The notes under the pieces are model-generated. The model was not told where the DNA came from. It searched no databases and was given only the letters and a program-made list of their open reading frames with translations. Position numbers and translations under genes: made by a program. Source: Hyaloraphidium curvatum SAG 235-1 (lineage: Eukaryota; Fungi; Monoblepharomycota). Taken from it: 64,000 nt of DNA. Each line of letters starts with the position of its first letter. Positions within the stretch are counted from its first letter, which is position 1. This document shows, one piece after another, positions 44,146-55,582 of this stretch. Location: NCBI GenBank assembly GCA_025558095.1, contig JAIVFI010000028.1, forward strand, positions 62,001 through 126,000. Reading direction: 5' to 3'.

Positions 44146-46314
44146 TCAGATCTTGCTCTCCTTGCGCTCCAGCCAGCCGAAGCTCTGCGCCTTCCTGCCT
44201 CCGCTGGGCGAGATCATGACGTTGATGATGCAGAGGGTGTCCAGCTTGAGGGCCTCGGTCATGGCCTGCCGGATCTCGGCGGGGGTCCGGCAGAGCCAGC
44301 CGCGGCCGCCAACGGCCTCCGCGAACTACGTAGCGTGCGTTAAATCCACGTCCGGCACGAAAAATCTATAGACCCACCTTGTCGTAGCGCGTCTCCGGGA
44401 GCAGAACGCCCGCGGGGGTCGGGATCTTGGCGCCCTTGAGCTGGTCGTACTGTTCGGGCGACACGCCGCCGCCGATGCCGTTGTTGTTGCTACAAACTTC
44501 ACCGTCAGTGCCAGTCCGGATCCAGCCCGTTGCCAAGGAACCCACATAATGATCCAGAGGATCGGCAGCTTCTCGCGCGCGACGGTCTCGATCTCCATGC
44601 CCGAGAAGCCGAAAGCAGAGTCGCCTTGGACAACAACTGTGCGGAGGTCAGGGCGGGCAATGGCGGCGGCGATGGCGTAGCCCGAGCCGACACCTGAACC
44701 AGAAAGGGTCAGCAAAAGGCGGTCCTCTCGGCCGAAACCAGCCGGACGCACCCATGGTGCCGTAGCTGCCCGCGTCCAGCCTCGTCCGCGGCTCCTTCTG
44801 GTCGAAGATGGTCCTGGCAATGTCCATGGTGTTGCTGCCCTCGCTCACGAAGAAGGACTTCTGGGGCATGAGCGCCTTGATCTCGGCAAAGGCGCGGTAG
44901 TAGGTCATGGGCAGCTGCTCGTCCTTCATGAGCTCGGCCGAGGTCTTGGCATTGGCCTCGGACTTGGAGCGCAGGGTGGACCACCACGGCGAGCTCTGGG
45001 GGTGCGAGAAGCCCGAGAGCGCGGCGGTGAGCTGGGGCACGGTGAGGCGGAGGTCGCCGAGGAGGGAGGCCGCGGGGCGGACGTTGTTGCCGATTTCCTC
45101 GGGGGCGATGTCGAGCTGGATGAGCTTCATGTTGCTGCGGTAGCGAGGAGCGGTGCCTGAAACAAGAAACGTTAGCACGAAGTTGACGGCGAACAAACAA
45201 CGTAGCCCACCGAAGTGCAGGATCCAGTTCAGACGGCCACCGATCAGAATGACAACGTCGGCACCACCAAGAGCCTGGCTACGAGCAGCGATGACGTTGT
45301 TGGCGTCCTCGTCGTCGACAACACCCTTGCCCATGGGAGTGGGAAGCCTTGCTGGACGTCAGGACAATTCCCAAGCGATCCGCTTCCGACAGCAACGCAC
45401 CAAGGAATGTTGGTCTTCTTGACCAGCTCCCGGACCTCCTTCTCCGCGCAGGCCCACCCGGCGCCCTTGCCGACGATCACGAGCGGCGACTTGGCGTTGC
45501 GGATGGCGTCGGCGGCGCGCGCGACCTCGGCGGGGTCAGCCTGCGACAGCGGGGGAGGCGCGTGCTTGGGACGCCAGTTGACGGTGCCGAACTTGGTCGA
45601 GTCGGTGATCGTGTCGGCGGGCTGGCGAAACCGAAGTCAGGAACGAGTCCGAAGTGCTTCCGGGATGTCCAAAACCAACCATGTCGATGTAGCAAGCACC
45701 GGGCCTGCCGTAGATCGACGACCTGACGGCCTTCTCCACGACGTAGGGGATCTGCTCGAGGCTCGGCGGCCTGGCGGCGTACTTGCAGTACGGCCTGGCC
45801 ATCTCCACCTGGTACGCCTCCTGGAACCCCCCCATGCTCTCCTGCCTGGCCTCTTGCGAGCCTCCGATGACGATGAGCGGCCACGTGTTCTCCTTTGCGT
45901 TGGCCAGGCCCGCGAGCGCGTGGACCAGCCCGGGGCCCGAGACGACGAGCGTCGCGGCCGGCTTGCCGGTCAGGTAGCCGTGCGCCTGGGCGGCGTAACT
46001 GGCAGCCTGCTCGTTGCGGAAGCCGACGTACTTGATGCCGACGGCCTGCATGGCCTCGGCTGCGGGGGCGGTCAGCGGATGCCTCCAGGGAGGGAGACCG
46101 AGTGAGCCCACCAATCTCGTACACCGGGAACCCGACGATTCCGAAGCAGACTGGAAGAGATGGTAAGAGACGTTCTCTTCCGAGCTAAAGCATGCCGCCC
46201 ACCGTCGACGCCCTGCTCCTTCAGCGCGCGGGCCATAATGTAGCCCCCGTCGACCAGCGTGTCCGGGTTGGATGTCGCCGCGTGAATCTTGGCGTACTTC
46301 TCGTACATCGACAT
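44146..46314 (-). CDS. 2-hydroxyacyl-CoA lyase / oxalyl-CoA decarboxylase family (TPP enzyme), peroxisomal
   Basis: [52 protein letters not shown] and [11 protein letters not shown]; ends in -SKI. Confidence 0.9.
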
Positions 46315-46504
46315 TTTGGCGCCGGACCGTGTAGGGAACGCCGCACAGGCCGGGTTGGGAGGGGGGGGGACGAGTCGGTGTTTCCTCGTGCCGATTCGCG
46401 GGAGGTCGACCGGCGGCAAATCGATTAGACGGCGTGGCCCAGAAAAATGCTGTTCTAGAAACTCAAAGCCGCAGAAATTGCTCGTCTAACAAAGCGAGTC
46501 CAGG

Positions 46505-47521
46505 ATGGGAAAAGTCCGGAATCTCGCCGTCGTCGGCCTTGGCAACGTCGGCAAGGCGCTCATCGAGCTGCTCCTGGAACGCTCCATCCAAATTCGTGTC
46601 GAGTATGGCCTGGACCTGCGCGTCACGGGCCTGATGTCGCGCCGGATCGGCATGGTGGCCGACCCCTCCGGGCTGGACCTCGGCGCGATCGCTGCCGGCA
46701 ACATCCCGCGAGGCTCTGCGTACGACGCGTCGGCGGTCGGGAGCTGGCTCGAACGGGCCGCGGCACACGTGCTCATCGAGCTGAGCACGGTGGACCTTGC
46801 GTCTGGCCAACCGGCGAAGTCCTTCCTCGAAGCGGCGCTCCGCCGCGGGATCCACGGGGTGACGGCCAACAAGGGCCCGGTCGTGCACGCGTACCGCTCG
46901 CTGACGGCCCTCGCGGACGCCTCGGGCGCGAGGTTCCGCTTCGAGTCCGCGACTGCGGATTGCCTGCCCGTGTACAACCTTTACCGCGAGTCTCTGCCCC
47001 TGGAACGGCCGAAAAAGGTGCGGGGCTTGGTCAACTCCACGACGAGCGTGATCCTGGAAGCGATCGAGGCTGGGAGCTCATTCGAAGACGGGATTAAGAT
47101 TGCGCAGGATCGAGGGGTGGCCGAAGCCGACCCGTCGTTGGACATTGACGGCTTCGACGCCGCTGTCAAGGTCGTCGCGATCGCCAACGTGCTCATGGAT
47201 GCCGACCTGCGCGTCTCGGACGTGGAAGTCACGGGCATCCGCGGAATCGACGTAAATGCCGTCCGCGAGGCTGCCCAAGCGGGGACGCCGATGCGGATCG
47301 TCGCGACCGTGGAACGGATCGGGGATTCGGTGAAGGGACGGGTTGGTCCTGTCAAGTTGGTGGAAGGAGACCCTTTCCGTGGGCTGGATGCGATGGCTCT
47401 GGGTCTGCACTTCGAGGGCGACTTGATGCCGGGCCTGACCGTGGTTGGGCATGGATTGGAGCCTAGGCAGACTGCATACGGCGTTCTGGTGGATGTGCTC
47501 GGGGTCTTGAGGGGGCGTTGA
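46505..47521 (+). CDS. Homoserine dehydrogenase, short prokaryotic type, intronless
   Basis: VGLGNVG, VTANKGP, FESAT, GLVNSTT, GVAEADPSLDIDGFDAAVK and TAYGVL.D. Confidence 0.88.
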   Translation: MGKVRNLAVVGLGNVGKALIELLLERSIQIRVEYGLDLRVTGLMSRRIGMVADPSGLDLGAIAAGNIPRGSAYDASAVGSWLERAAAHVLIELSTVDLASGQPAKSFLEAALRRGIHGVTANKGPVVHAYRSLTALADASGARFRFESATADCLPVYNLYRESLPLERPKKVRGLVNSTTSVILEAIEAGSSFEDGIKIAQDRGVAEADPSLDIDGFDAAVKVVAIANVLMDADLRVSDVEVTGIRGIDVNAVREAAQAGTPMRIVATVERIGDSVKGRVGPVKLVEGDPFRGLDAMALGLHFEGDLMPGLTVVGHGLEPRQTAYGVLVDVLGVLRGR

Positions 47522-47749
47522 AACTAGAGCGGGCGATCGGTTTCAATGTCGCGATCTGGGCGAGGAGATACAGCAAATGAGGCAAAAGAACGAATTGACC
47601 GTGAATGCAATTGCGTATTTGGGCTACATCAAAGCTGAGCGATGTCGTGAACGGGATCGCATCACGTCGGGAAGTCGGATTTGCCGTCGTCTCCCGGGTT
47701 CCAGGAGCCTCCCATTGAACTGTCATGCCATCAATCCAATTGTACCAGC

Positions 47750-48745
47750 CTACTCCTTCGGCCTGCACATCTTCTTGTGCGACGGCCAGGCGGCCCTTTG
47801 GCACTCGACGGAGCAGTAGCAAGCTATCTTGCACCGCGAGCAGCGCTTCATGGAGGCCTGTCCACCTTCCGGCGAAAAACCACACTGATAACATCTCGGG
47901 GTCATCGATTTGGGGTCGGCCTCGAGGCGATCTCTGGCGTCTTTGTTCATAAGCTTCATGAGACTGCGCAGGCAGTGCGCGTCCGAACACGACGGCCAAA
48001 TGTCAAGGACCAGGGCTTTAACCCGCGGATCAAGCATGGACACGCGGCGGAGCTCGTCGACCGTCACGAAAGTCCTCAACTGGTTGCAAACCAGACACGG
48101 CAGAGGCTGAGGCCTGATCAGGGCGTCCATCCACTCCGCCGTCAGGCCGAGGATCACCCGAGTCGCCCGCTCTCGAGCCTCCGATGACGGGAAGCGCCAC
48201 CCTCCGTCGCGAAGCTGCGCGGAGTCAAACAGGCCCTTCTCCGCATCGATCACCTTCGAAGACACCCTGCGCTTGAGTTCGCCGCTTTCGTTCTTGAAGA
48301 CGATGCGGAGCACGGCCGTATCCCGCTCCGTGGCGACCGGATCTCCAGACAGAGGCACGGCGGCATGAAAAGGGGTACCTTCGACGGCCGCTGCCAGTTG
48401 CTCTGCGCACGCTGGTGCGCCGCACACGAGACGCGTCGTCGAGACAAGCGCGATGCGCGGGCCTACTGACTCCTCGGGCAAAAGCTCGCCGTACGCGACG
48501 TCCCGCCACCGATGGTCGTGGTCCTCGGATGCCGGCGCTCCGCACACCGCGCACGCCCACTCGCGGCTGCTGATCAGCTCTTGCTCCCACGGCACTGAAA
48601 CAGAGCCGAGGCCGCCGTCCCTGAGCACGCCGGCACCGGGCGCGAGCAGCGCCGCTCGCACCGCGGAGACGCGCTCGCCACTGACGATGCGGGAAGGGCC
48701 ATCGTGGATTTCGTATCGGAACAGGACGTCCTTCTTGTCGGGCAT
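47750..48745 (-). CDS. MYND zinc-finger protein
   Basis: C-terminal CYQC..CSRCKIACYCSVECQRAAWPSHKKMC. Confidence 0.85.
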   Translation of the reverse strand: MPDKKDVLFRYEIHDGPSRIVSGERVSAVRAALLAPGAGVLRDGGLGSVSVPWEQELISSREWACAVCGAPASEDHDHRWRDVAYGELLPEESVGPRIALVSTTRLVCGAPACAEQLAAAVEGTPFHAAVPLSGDPVATERDTAVLRIVFKNESGELKRRVSSKVIDAEKGLFDSAQLRDGGWRFPSSEARERATRVILGLTAEWMDALIRPQPLPCLVCNQLRTFVTVDELRRVSMLDPRVKALVLDIWPSCSDAHCLRSLMKLMNKDARDRLEADPKSMTPRCYQCGFSPEGGQASMKRCSRCKIACYCSVECQRAAWPSHKKMCRPKE

Positions 48746-49163
48746 GTGTGCAGAATGACGTGTCGCGCGTTCCCGGCCAGCTGATTCACGCCGCCAACCT
48801 TCGCGCATACAACTCCGGAAAACCAATGTTTTCATCCCGGGAGGTATCGTGCAGATGTTGACATCAAATGAACGAAAACCTCATAACTGAGCTATCTTTT
48901 CCGTCTCGACGTCCATCCATGGCGTCTCGCAGAGCCACTAAAAACGAGACGTCGCTGCCGATCGGGCAGCAGCGATGCATCGCGAGGAAAAAGGCAACGA
49001 AATGAATGCCAAGCATAGCATTTATATCATATTGGCCGGCGAAGTATACCGTTGCCGAGAGTGAGTGAGACATCAACGGGGCTACGGCTGTTTCCGATTC
49101 GCCGCACTGCCGACCGGGCCCATAAGGTCTCCCACGTCGCGCAGCGAATCCCGCGCAGAAGCC

Positions 49164-50096
49164 ATGTCGGACCTCCGCGTCGAGCCCGTGGACCTCACCG
49201 GCGCGACTCCCTCGTGCTCGCTCTCCCCCGAGGCCGCGCTCGCCGGCGCCGCCTCGGTGCTCTCCATCGCCTTCTCGCAGAACGACGTCGCGTACGAGTA
49301 CATCCTCGAGGGCGTCCCGCTCGACAAGCGCATCGCGTTCGGCGACGACGAAAAGCACCTGTTCGCCCTGGTCGTCGCAAGCACGGGCCCGCGGCAGCTG
49401 TGGATCGCCTCGGTCCCCGCGCCGACCGACGCCGACCCCGCCGCGCGCAGGGTCATCGGCGCGGCCCTCTGGATCGCCCCCGGGCACACCTTCGCGTCGC
49501 GGATCGAGGAGTACGCCGAGAAGCAGACCTTCTCCTTCCTGCGGCGGTACGCGCACTTGGTCCTGTGGCGGATCGGCTACCCGTGGTGGGACCGCCGGCT
49601 GTTCGGCCGGTGGAGCTCCATGGGGGACGCGATGGGGCCGCCGCACGAGAAGAACGTGGGGACGATCAAGTGCGAGGTGGACAAGGCGGGGAAGCCCGTC
49701 GAGGCGCCCGCGGATCTCGCGCGGCGGGCGCGGACGGGGGAGGAGCGCGCCGTGTCCGAGGGCGCCAAGACCAAGGAGGTCACGGTGCCGCATCACTACC
49801 TGTTCATGGTCGGAGTGCTGCCCGAGTTTCGCGGCTCGGATCTCCACGTGGGCACCAATTTGCTCGAGCCCATGCTCAAGCAGGCGGCCGAGGACAACAT
49901 GACCAGTGAGTTCATTGGCTTGCTTTTCGCACCCAGTTTCGGTGTTCACCTTTACCGTCGCCTAGTCTACCTCGAGAGCACGAACCCCCGCAACTGGACC
50001 TTCTACCGTCGGCTGGGCTTCATCGACGACATGGACGACGTCGTGCTGGCCCCGGGGCACAACGCGAAGCCGTTCATCAAGCGGGCTGCGAAGTAG
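49164..50096 (+). CDS. GNAT-family N-acetyltransferase
   Basis: IGAALW, HHYLFMVGVLPEFRG and YLESTNPRNWTFYRRLGF; one in-frame intron. Confidence 0.85.
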   Translation: MSDLRVEPVDLTGATPSCSLSPEAALAGAASVLSIAFSQNDVAYEYILEGVPLDKRIAFGDDEKHLFALVVASTGPRQLWIASVPAPTDADPAARRVIGAALWIAPGHTFASRIEEYAEKQTFSFLRRYAHLVLWRIGYPWWDRRLFGRWSSMGDAMGPPHEKNVGTIKCEVDKAGKPVEAPADLARRARTGEERAVSEGAKTKEVTVPHHYLFMVGVLPEFRGSDLHVGTNLLEPMLKQAAEDNMTSEFIGLLFAPSFGVHLYRRLVYLESTNPRNWTFYRRLGFIDDMDDVVLAPGHNAKPFIKRAAK

Positions 50097-50177
50097 CTGT
50101 GCCTTTTTTCGTGTTGCTCAGACGACGCGTCTCACGCGACGCAGAAGATGCTCTCGGTTGATCTCGGGCTAGCAGCC

Positions 50178-50576
50178 TCAGGTGCCCAACCAGTAGGAGG
50201 CCGCTAGGGCAGCCAGCGTTGCGATTAAGGCGATGCGGTGTCCCAGCACGGTGGTGTGCCAGAGCGGCGCCTCCTCGTAGCGCGCGGCCGAGTCGGTGAC
50301 CACGTTCACCGTCGCCAGGCCGGTCCAAATCCACAGCAGGTCCGCCGCCCTGCCGATTGCCAGCACGTACGCTGCCAGCACGACGACGGCGATGACGAGA
50401 TTGGACCGCAGCGAGTATTGCCACTGCAGCTCGGTGACGAGCGCCGCGGGCGCGCGGGCAACGAAGAGGGGGCGGGACGAGGGCGGCGCGTAGTGCGCGC
50501 GGAACAGCGCTGCGGTGAACGCGAGGAAGGCCACGTTGGCCCACAGGAACCACTCCAGGTGTTGCCCCGCTGCCAT
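50178..50576 (-). CDS. Small 4-TM membrane protein, unknown function
   Basis: A 132-aa ORF with four hydrophobic segments and GC3-rich codon usage. Confidence 0.55.
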   Translation of the reverse strand: MAAGQHLEWFLWANVAFLAFTAALFRAHYAPPSSRPLFVARAPAALVTELQWQYSLRSNLVIAVVVLAAYVLAIGRAADLLWIWTGLATVNVVTDSAARYEEAPLWHTTVLGHRIALIATLAALAASYWLGT

Positions 50577-50837
50577 CGCTTCGAGGGTCCGGCGCTGGCT
50601 CTGGGAGTTTCAGCTAGAGTCCGAGCTTGGTCCGAGCTGACCTGTTGGGGGCGCGCATTTTGTCTCCCCTTCCGGTCCTTGCCGTGCACCGCATCTCGGT
50701 TTCGCACTGCAGCAGTATCATTGATTGCGCAACATGCAGCTTTCTTTGCGAGATGTGCCCCAGTGTATGCATGGCGGACCCTGATTTCCGCCGCATCCCG
50801 TCCACAGGAATTGGTCGCCGGCCACTCACTCCCACAG

Positions 50838-52286
50838 ATGGGCCCGGCGTTCAGCGACCGCGCGTGGCTCGCGCTGTTTCCGTCCGCCGCATCGCCCGCG
50901 CCATCGCTTGCGCCCGGGCCGCCGCCGGCCGACCCCGCCGCGGCGCTCCGGGTTTCGGACCCGCTCCCGCGGTCCGCGCTGCTCCGCGGCCTGCCGGTCG
51001 CGCCGCTGCGGCTGCTGACGCGGCTGCAGCTGGCCGTCGGCCCGTACGCGCGCCTGGCGCGGCTGAACTACTCGCTCGTGCTCGCCGGGCAGGCGGCCGC
51101 CGTGGCCGTCGTGTTCGTCGTCAACGCCGCGGCCGCGCGGTTCGCGACGCGGGACCTCGTCGTCGGCGCGGTGTGCGTGCTCGTCGAGATCGGCTTCGTC
51201 GCCCTGGCCACCTTCGTCGGTCCCCGCATGAACGCTGCCTTCTCGCACAGCGCGAAGCTGGCGCGCGACCCGGACGCGAGCATCCATCCCTTCGCGGTCT
51301 TTGCGCGGTGGCGGCAGCTGGTGGCCAGTGCGGGAGGCGGCGACACGGGGCTCCTGGAGCACGACCCGGCCGACCCGCGGTGCCCGTGCAGCGACGGGGC
51401 CTGTGCCGGCGGCCTGCCCGGGACCGCCGCGCTGTACCTGGCGCTCGAGCTCGTGACCCGCTGGGCTGTCGCCTATGCGATTCTCGTCTTCCTCTTCTGG
51501 ACCCCCGTCGTCACGCTCGACGGGATCGGCTACTCGTGGTGGTCCGCGCTCATCCTGCTGGTCTACCTCGCCCACTACGCCGTCGTCCAGTTCTGCAACA
51601 CGGCCGCCAGGCTCACGGGGAACGCCGCCGCGCTCGAGCTCTCGCTAAGGCTGCATAATCGCGCGATGCGGATGTGCCTCGCGGACCTGCTCATGCGCCT
51701 GGACGCTGGGGTGGCCGCAGGACAAAAGGGGGAGCAGGATGCCCCCCCGCCGCCGCAGTCTCCGACGGACGAGGAGTACGTGCGATTGTACCACTTCCTC
51801 TCGGATGCGTGGCGCACCCGCTTCCCCGTCTTCCTCCTGACCCCCCTTTTCCTCGTGGCCACCGTGCTGGTCCCGGCGCTCTGCGCCTTCGCCAGCGCCG
51901 CCTCGGGCTCCTGCATCCCCGCTTTCTACCTCTCCGTCATGTTCTATGCCCTCAACCTCCTCGTCATCGACCTCGCCAACGCTTCGGCGGCCAACGCGCA
52001 GATCACCGTCGTCACGGACCTCCTCCGCGAAGCCCGCAGGGAGGTCCGCCTGCTCCTCCTCCGCGCCTCCTCCGCGCCGAACCCCGCATGCGCGGCCCTG
52101 GAGGCCAACGCCGCCGTGCTCTCGTCCTTCCTCGAGGGCGAGGCGTGCAAGGTCCGCTTCCTGGGGTTCAAGGTGGACTACGCCGCCACGAGGACGGTGC
52201 TGGTGACCGTGCTGACGATCGCGGTCGGGCTTTGGAGCGTGCTGAGGCCGTCAGGGGTCAGGGTTGTCATGGACTTTGCATGCTGA
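50838..52286 (+). CDS. Seven-TM membrane protein, paralog of 30252-31910 (possible gustatory-receptor-like 7TM ion channel)
   Basis: Intronless, with 7 hydrophobic segments. Motifs are CPCSDGACAGG, GSCIPAF, ANAQI and RFLGFKVDYAATRTVLVTVLTIAVGLW at the C-terminus. Confidence 0.72.
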   Translation: MGPAFSDRAWLALFPSAASPAPSLAPGPPPADPAAALRVSDPLPRSALLRGLPVAPLRLLTRLQLAVGPYARLARLNYSLVLAGQAAAVAVVFVVNAAAARFATRDLVVGAVCVLVEIGFVALATFVGPRMNAAFSHSAKLARDPDASIHPFAVFARWRQLVASAGGGDTGLLEHDPADPRCPCSDGACAGGLPGTAALYLALELVTRWAVAYAILVFLFWTPVVTLDGIGYSWWSALILLVYLAHYAVVQFCNTAARLTGNAAALELSLRLHNRAMRMCLADLLMRLDAGVAAGQKGEQDAPPPPQSPTDEEYVRLYHFLSDAWRTRFPVFLLTPLFLVATVLVPALCAFASAASGSCIPAFYLSVMFYALNLLVIDLANASAANAQITVVTDLLREARREVRLLLLRASSAPNPACAALEANAAVLSSFLEGEACKVRFLGFKVDYAATRTVLVTVLTIAVGLWSVLRPSGVRVVMDFAC

Positions 52287-52945
52287 TGCGCGGGCTTGCG
52301 CCGTGCTGAACGGAGATACGGTGCGATCCCAAGAGCCTATAGGGGAGACTGTGTCAGCCGCACACACCGTCGCGGAGGCCCCCACCCCGGCCGCGGAAGA
52401 GCTCCGGCGTCTCAAGCGGGTCGCCCCGCGTAGGCATCCGGCGGAGCAGTTGGGCCGCGCCGGACGTGCGCGCCGCACCGGGGACTGAGGCCTCCAATCC
52501 GCAACGACGGGAGAGCGGTGACACCATCGAGGGAATAGGGAAGCTGCGCGCTAAGGAGCACGGTGTTGGAGGGAGCTTTGGTGCTGGATGTAGCCGGCGT
52601 GGCCACGATAACCACGCTCTGCCCTCCGTACCATCTCGGTAGAAGCAATCCGTACCATGACCATGCAAATTTGACGTCTTGGCCCCCCCGAGGCAGGCCG
52701 ATGACTGCCGTGCGCCGGACAGAAGGACAGTGACAGCTCGTCTCACGCGGGAGCCGGTCGAATCCGCCGTCCGCCGCCCAGATTCGATTTCTGCCGACCA
52801 TTTGGAGCGTGAGAGCCGATATAGAGCCGGTGATGCGGGTTGCCTGATGCTGTTTCGACCCGCTCCGCCCAGCCATTTGGGGTCGCAGACTCGATGCTTT
52901 GCGCGTCCTTTGCACTTCCACCTCTTCGGGCTCCCCGTGCCAGCG

Positions 52946-54737
52946 ATGGCGCCCAACGGGGTCCCGTGGGGCGCCGGCGGCCGCGCGCACACGCCGGAGC
53001 AGGCGCGGCCGCGCGCGTTCCCCGCGGACCATCTGACGTCGCTGCCGACCGACATCGTCCTCGCGCACCTGCTGCCGCGGCTGTCGGCGGCGTCGCTCAC
53101 GCGGTTCCCGCGGCTCTGCCGGGCGACGCACGCGCTGTGGACGGATGCCGCCGACCCGCACGTCAACGCCGTGTGGCGGTCGCGCGTGGCAGCGGACTGG
53201 GGAGCCGCGACCGCCGCGCACTTCGACGCCCCCGGGAAAAAGACCGACTGGGAGGCCGTGTACCGCCTGCAGTACAACGTCGAGCGGGGAATATTCCACT
53301 TCCGCACGGTCGCGGAGCCAAAGGGCCTGGCGAAGCGCGCGGCGAGGCAGCTGGTCATGGAGAGGGAGGCGGGGGGCGACGCGCACTTTGGCATCGCCAT
53401 TCCACCGCCGAGGGAGGTCGAGGTGACCGTGGGGCAGCCGACGATCGTCGAGACGGGCTACGGTGGGCTCCCCTGCTGCGATTCATCTTTTTCTGTCCGT
53501 CTGACTCCGGGGCGACCTCCGAAAACTTTCTTCGCTTCTAGCCGTGAACCTCCGCCTTCTTCAACCCTACATCCTCCACATTCACGGACCGCGAGTAGCG
53601 CTGGCGTCGACCAAAGACCCGTTCCTGCCGCCGCGGTACCTCCCCCCGCACGGCGGCACCGTCGTCGCGCTCGCAACCTGCGGGAGCCTGGCTGCCACCG
53701 CCGGCGAGGACATGCTGTGCCGGGTCTACGATTTTTCCCGCATCTCGGGCGGCCTCCCCAAGCTGGTCGCGGAGCTGCGCGCCGGGGAGGTCCTCGACGT
53801 CGCGCTGTATGGGAACAGGCTGGTCACCTACGACAACTCGAACGTGGTGCGCGTGTTCGAGCTGGGACCGGACATTGCCCAATCCCGCTCATCGGGCGCC
53901 GAGGTACCCCCAGACCGCGCACCGGACGCCGTGCTGGACCTCGGCGAGGTCGTGCGGCGGTACCTCGCCCTGATCGGCCAGCCCGCCTCCAACTTTGCCC
54001 CCGATGACGAGCCGCCGCCGCCTCTCCCCTCCCCATACCCGCCCCTGGACCCAACGACCCTTCAGCGCGAGGTCAAGATCGCCCTCTGCGCGGACCTCCT
54101 CGTCTGCGGCTTCGAAAACACCCACTTCCTCGTCGTCGACCTCGGCCCCGATCCCTCGCGGCACCTCCGCTCCCCCCCCGGCGCTGCCCCAGACGGCACC
54201 CCCCGCTTCACCCTCCGCCAGATGCACTGGCCCCTCCTCTTCCACCTGCACGACCCGTCGCCCCTCTCGTCCCTGGACGCCCCGCAGCGCGGCAACCTCG
54301 GCACCTACGCCTCGACCTCGTACCCGACCGTGCTCCATCTCAGCCCCGCGCACCTCGTCGCCCGGTCCCCGCGCGCCAACGAGCTCCTCGTCTTTTCCCT
54401 GCGCACGGGGGACCTCCTCCACCGCCTCTCCGAATCCGCGTGCTGCCTGCGCGCCGCCGGCTTCCTCCCCCCCGCCGACAACGGGTCCGACGGCGAGGTC
54501 GGCGAGGGCCTCGAGGTGGTCACGGATTTCGCGTACCACCCCGCCGCGGGGGTCGTGCTGTGCACCGCCGAGGACGCGAGGGGCGACGTGCTGCTGCATG
54601 CGTACGATTTCGCGCCGCCGGCGAGGGGGGGGCGGAGGCGCAGGTGGAGGTTCGAGAAGAGGAACCTCGAGTGGGGTGGAGGGGGGGACGGGGTGTACGA
54701 GTACGGGTGTTTTTGGGTCGGGTGGCGCGATCCTTGA
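52946..54737 (+). CDS. F-box protein with beta-rich (WD40-like) C-terminus
   Basis: F-box LTSLPTDIVLAHLLPRLSAASLTRFPRLCR..W; intron ~53463-53541. Confidence 0.75.
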
Positions 54738-55017
54738 TTCGGGACGGGTACGGGGGGCGAGGCCTGGGACGGGGATGAGGACGGGGCGTGAGATTTTGGA
54801 GACATACCCAACGGCAGTGATCCATTCAAGCTGTACAGGATATGATATCGACACAAAGCTATTGACCATCGCACGTCAAGAAAGATTCCGCGATGATCTT
54901 AGTTGGTTGTGGAGATGGTGTGACGAGCGCTGGACACGCATGGCGGTGGGCGTGACACGAAATCGTCCCACTCGACCGCCACCATCCCGCACTTCCCTCC
55001 AGCTGAAATATCGGTTC

Positions 55018-55405
55018 ACTCCAGCTTTTCCCTCTTCTTCGGCCTCCAAGTCGACGCCGCCGAACTGCGGCGGGCCCTGCGCATTTTCGAGGCCTGGCGG
55101 CCCGCCGCCGAGGAACTGCGCCTGGCGCACCGTTGCACCGTTTCCGAGGGTCCTATGGCGCAGGACCGCGCCAACTGGTGCGCCTGCATGCCCGCCGAAG
55201 TCCTGCAGGGGATCGAAAGCGCTCTCTGGCGCGCCATCTCGGCCGATCTCCGCAAGGCCTAGCTCGCCCGCATGCACCTCTCCCCCGAGGAAACCCGAGA
55301 GGGGCCGTCCGGCCGAGACGACAAGTTGTCTTGAAGGTGGATGTGGATCTCCTCGAACTCCACGTCCTCGATCACGCGCCGAAGTTCTGGGGCCAGATCG
55401 GCTAG
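55018..55405 (+). pseudogene. Degenerate copy of the orphan gene at 59355-60050 (N-terminal part)
   Basis: Translates to SLFFGLQVDAAELRRAL..WRPAAEELRLAH..IESALWRAI, matching the N-terminus of 59355. It has no nearby ATG and an in-frame TAG at 55260-55262. Confidence 0.7.
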
Positions 55406-55582
55406 AAAGGCGATGGATCGTGGTCGCTTATGTATGTCGACTAGGCGGCGTACTGGAGGCAGGTCATCTGTCGACGAGATATGGCGAGGATCTCTAGCGC
55501 GTCGGGGACGCACGGCCAAGGGAGCTCGAGCACGGTCAACCAGGGCTGAAACTGCTGCCCGGCAACGAGAAACCCCGCTGGA

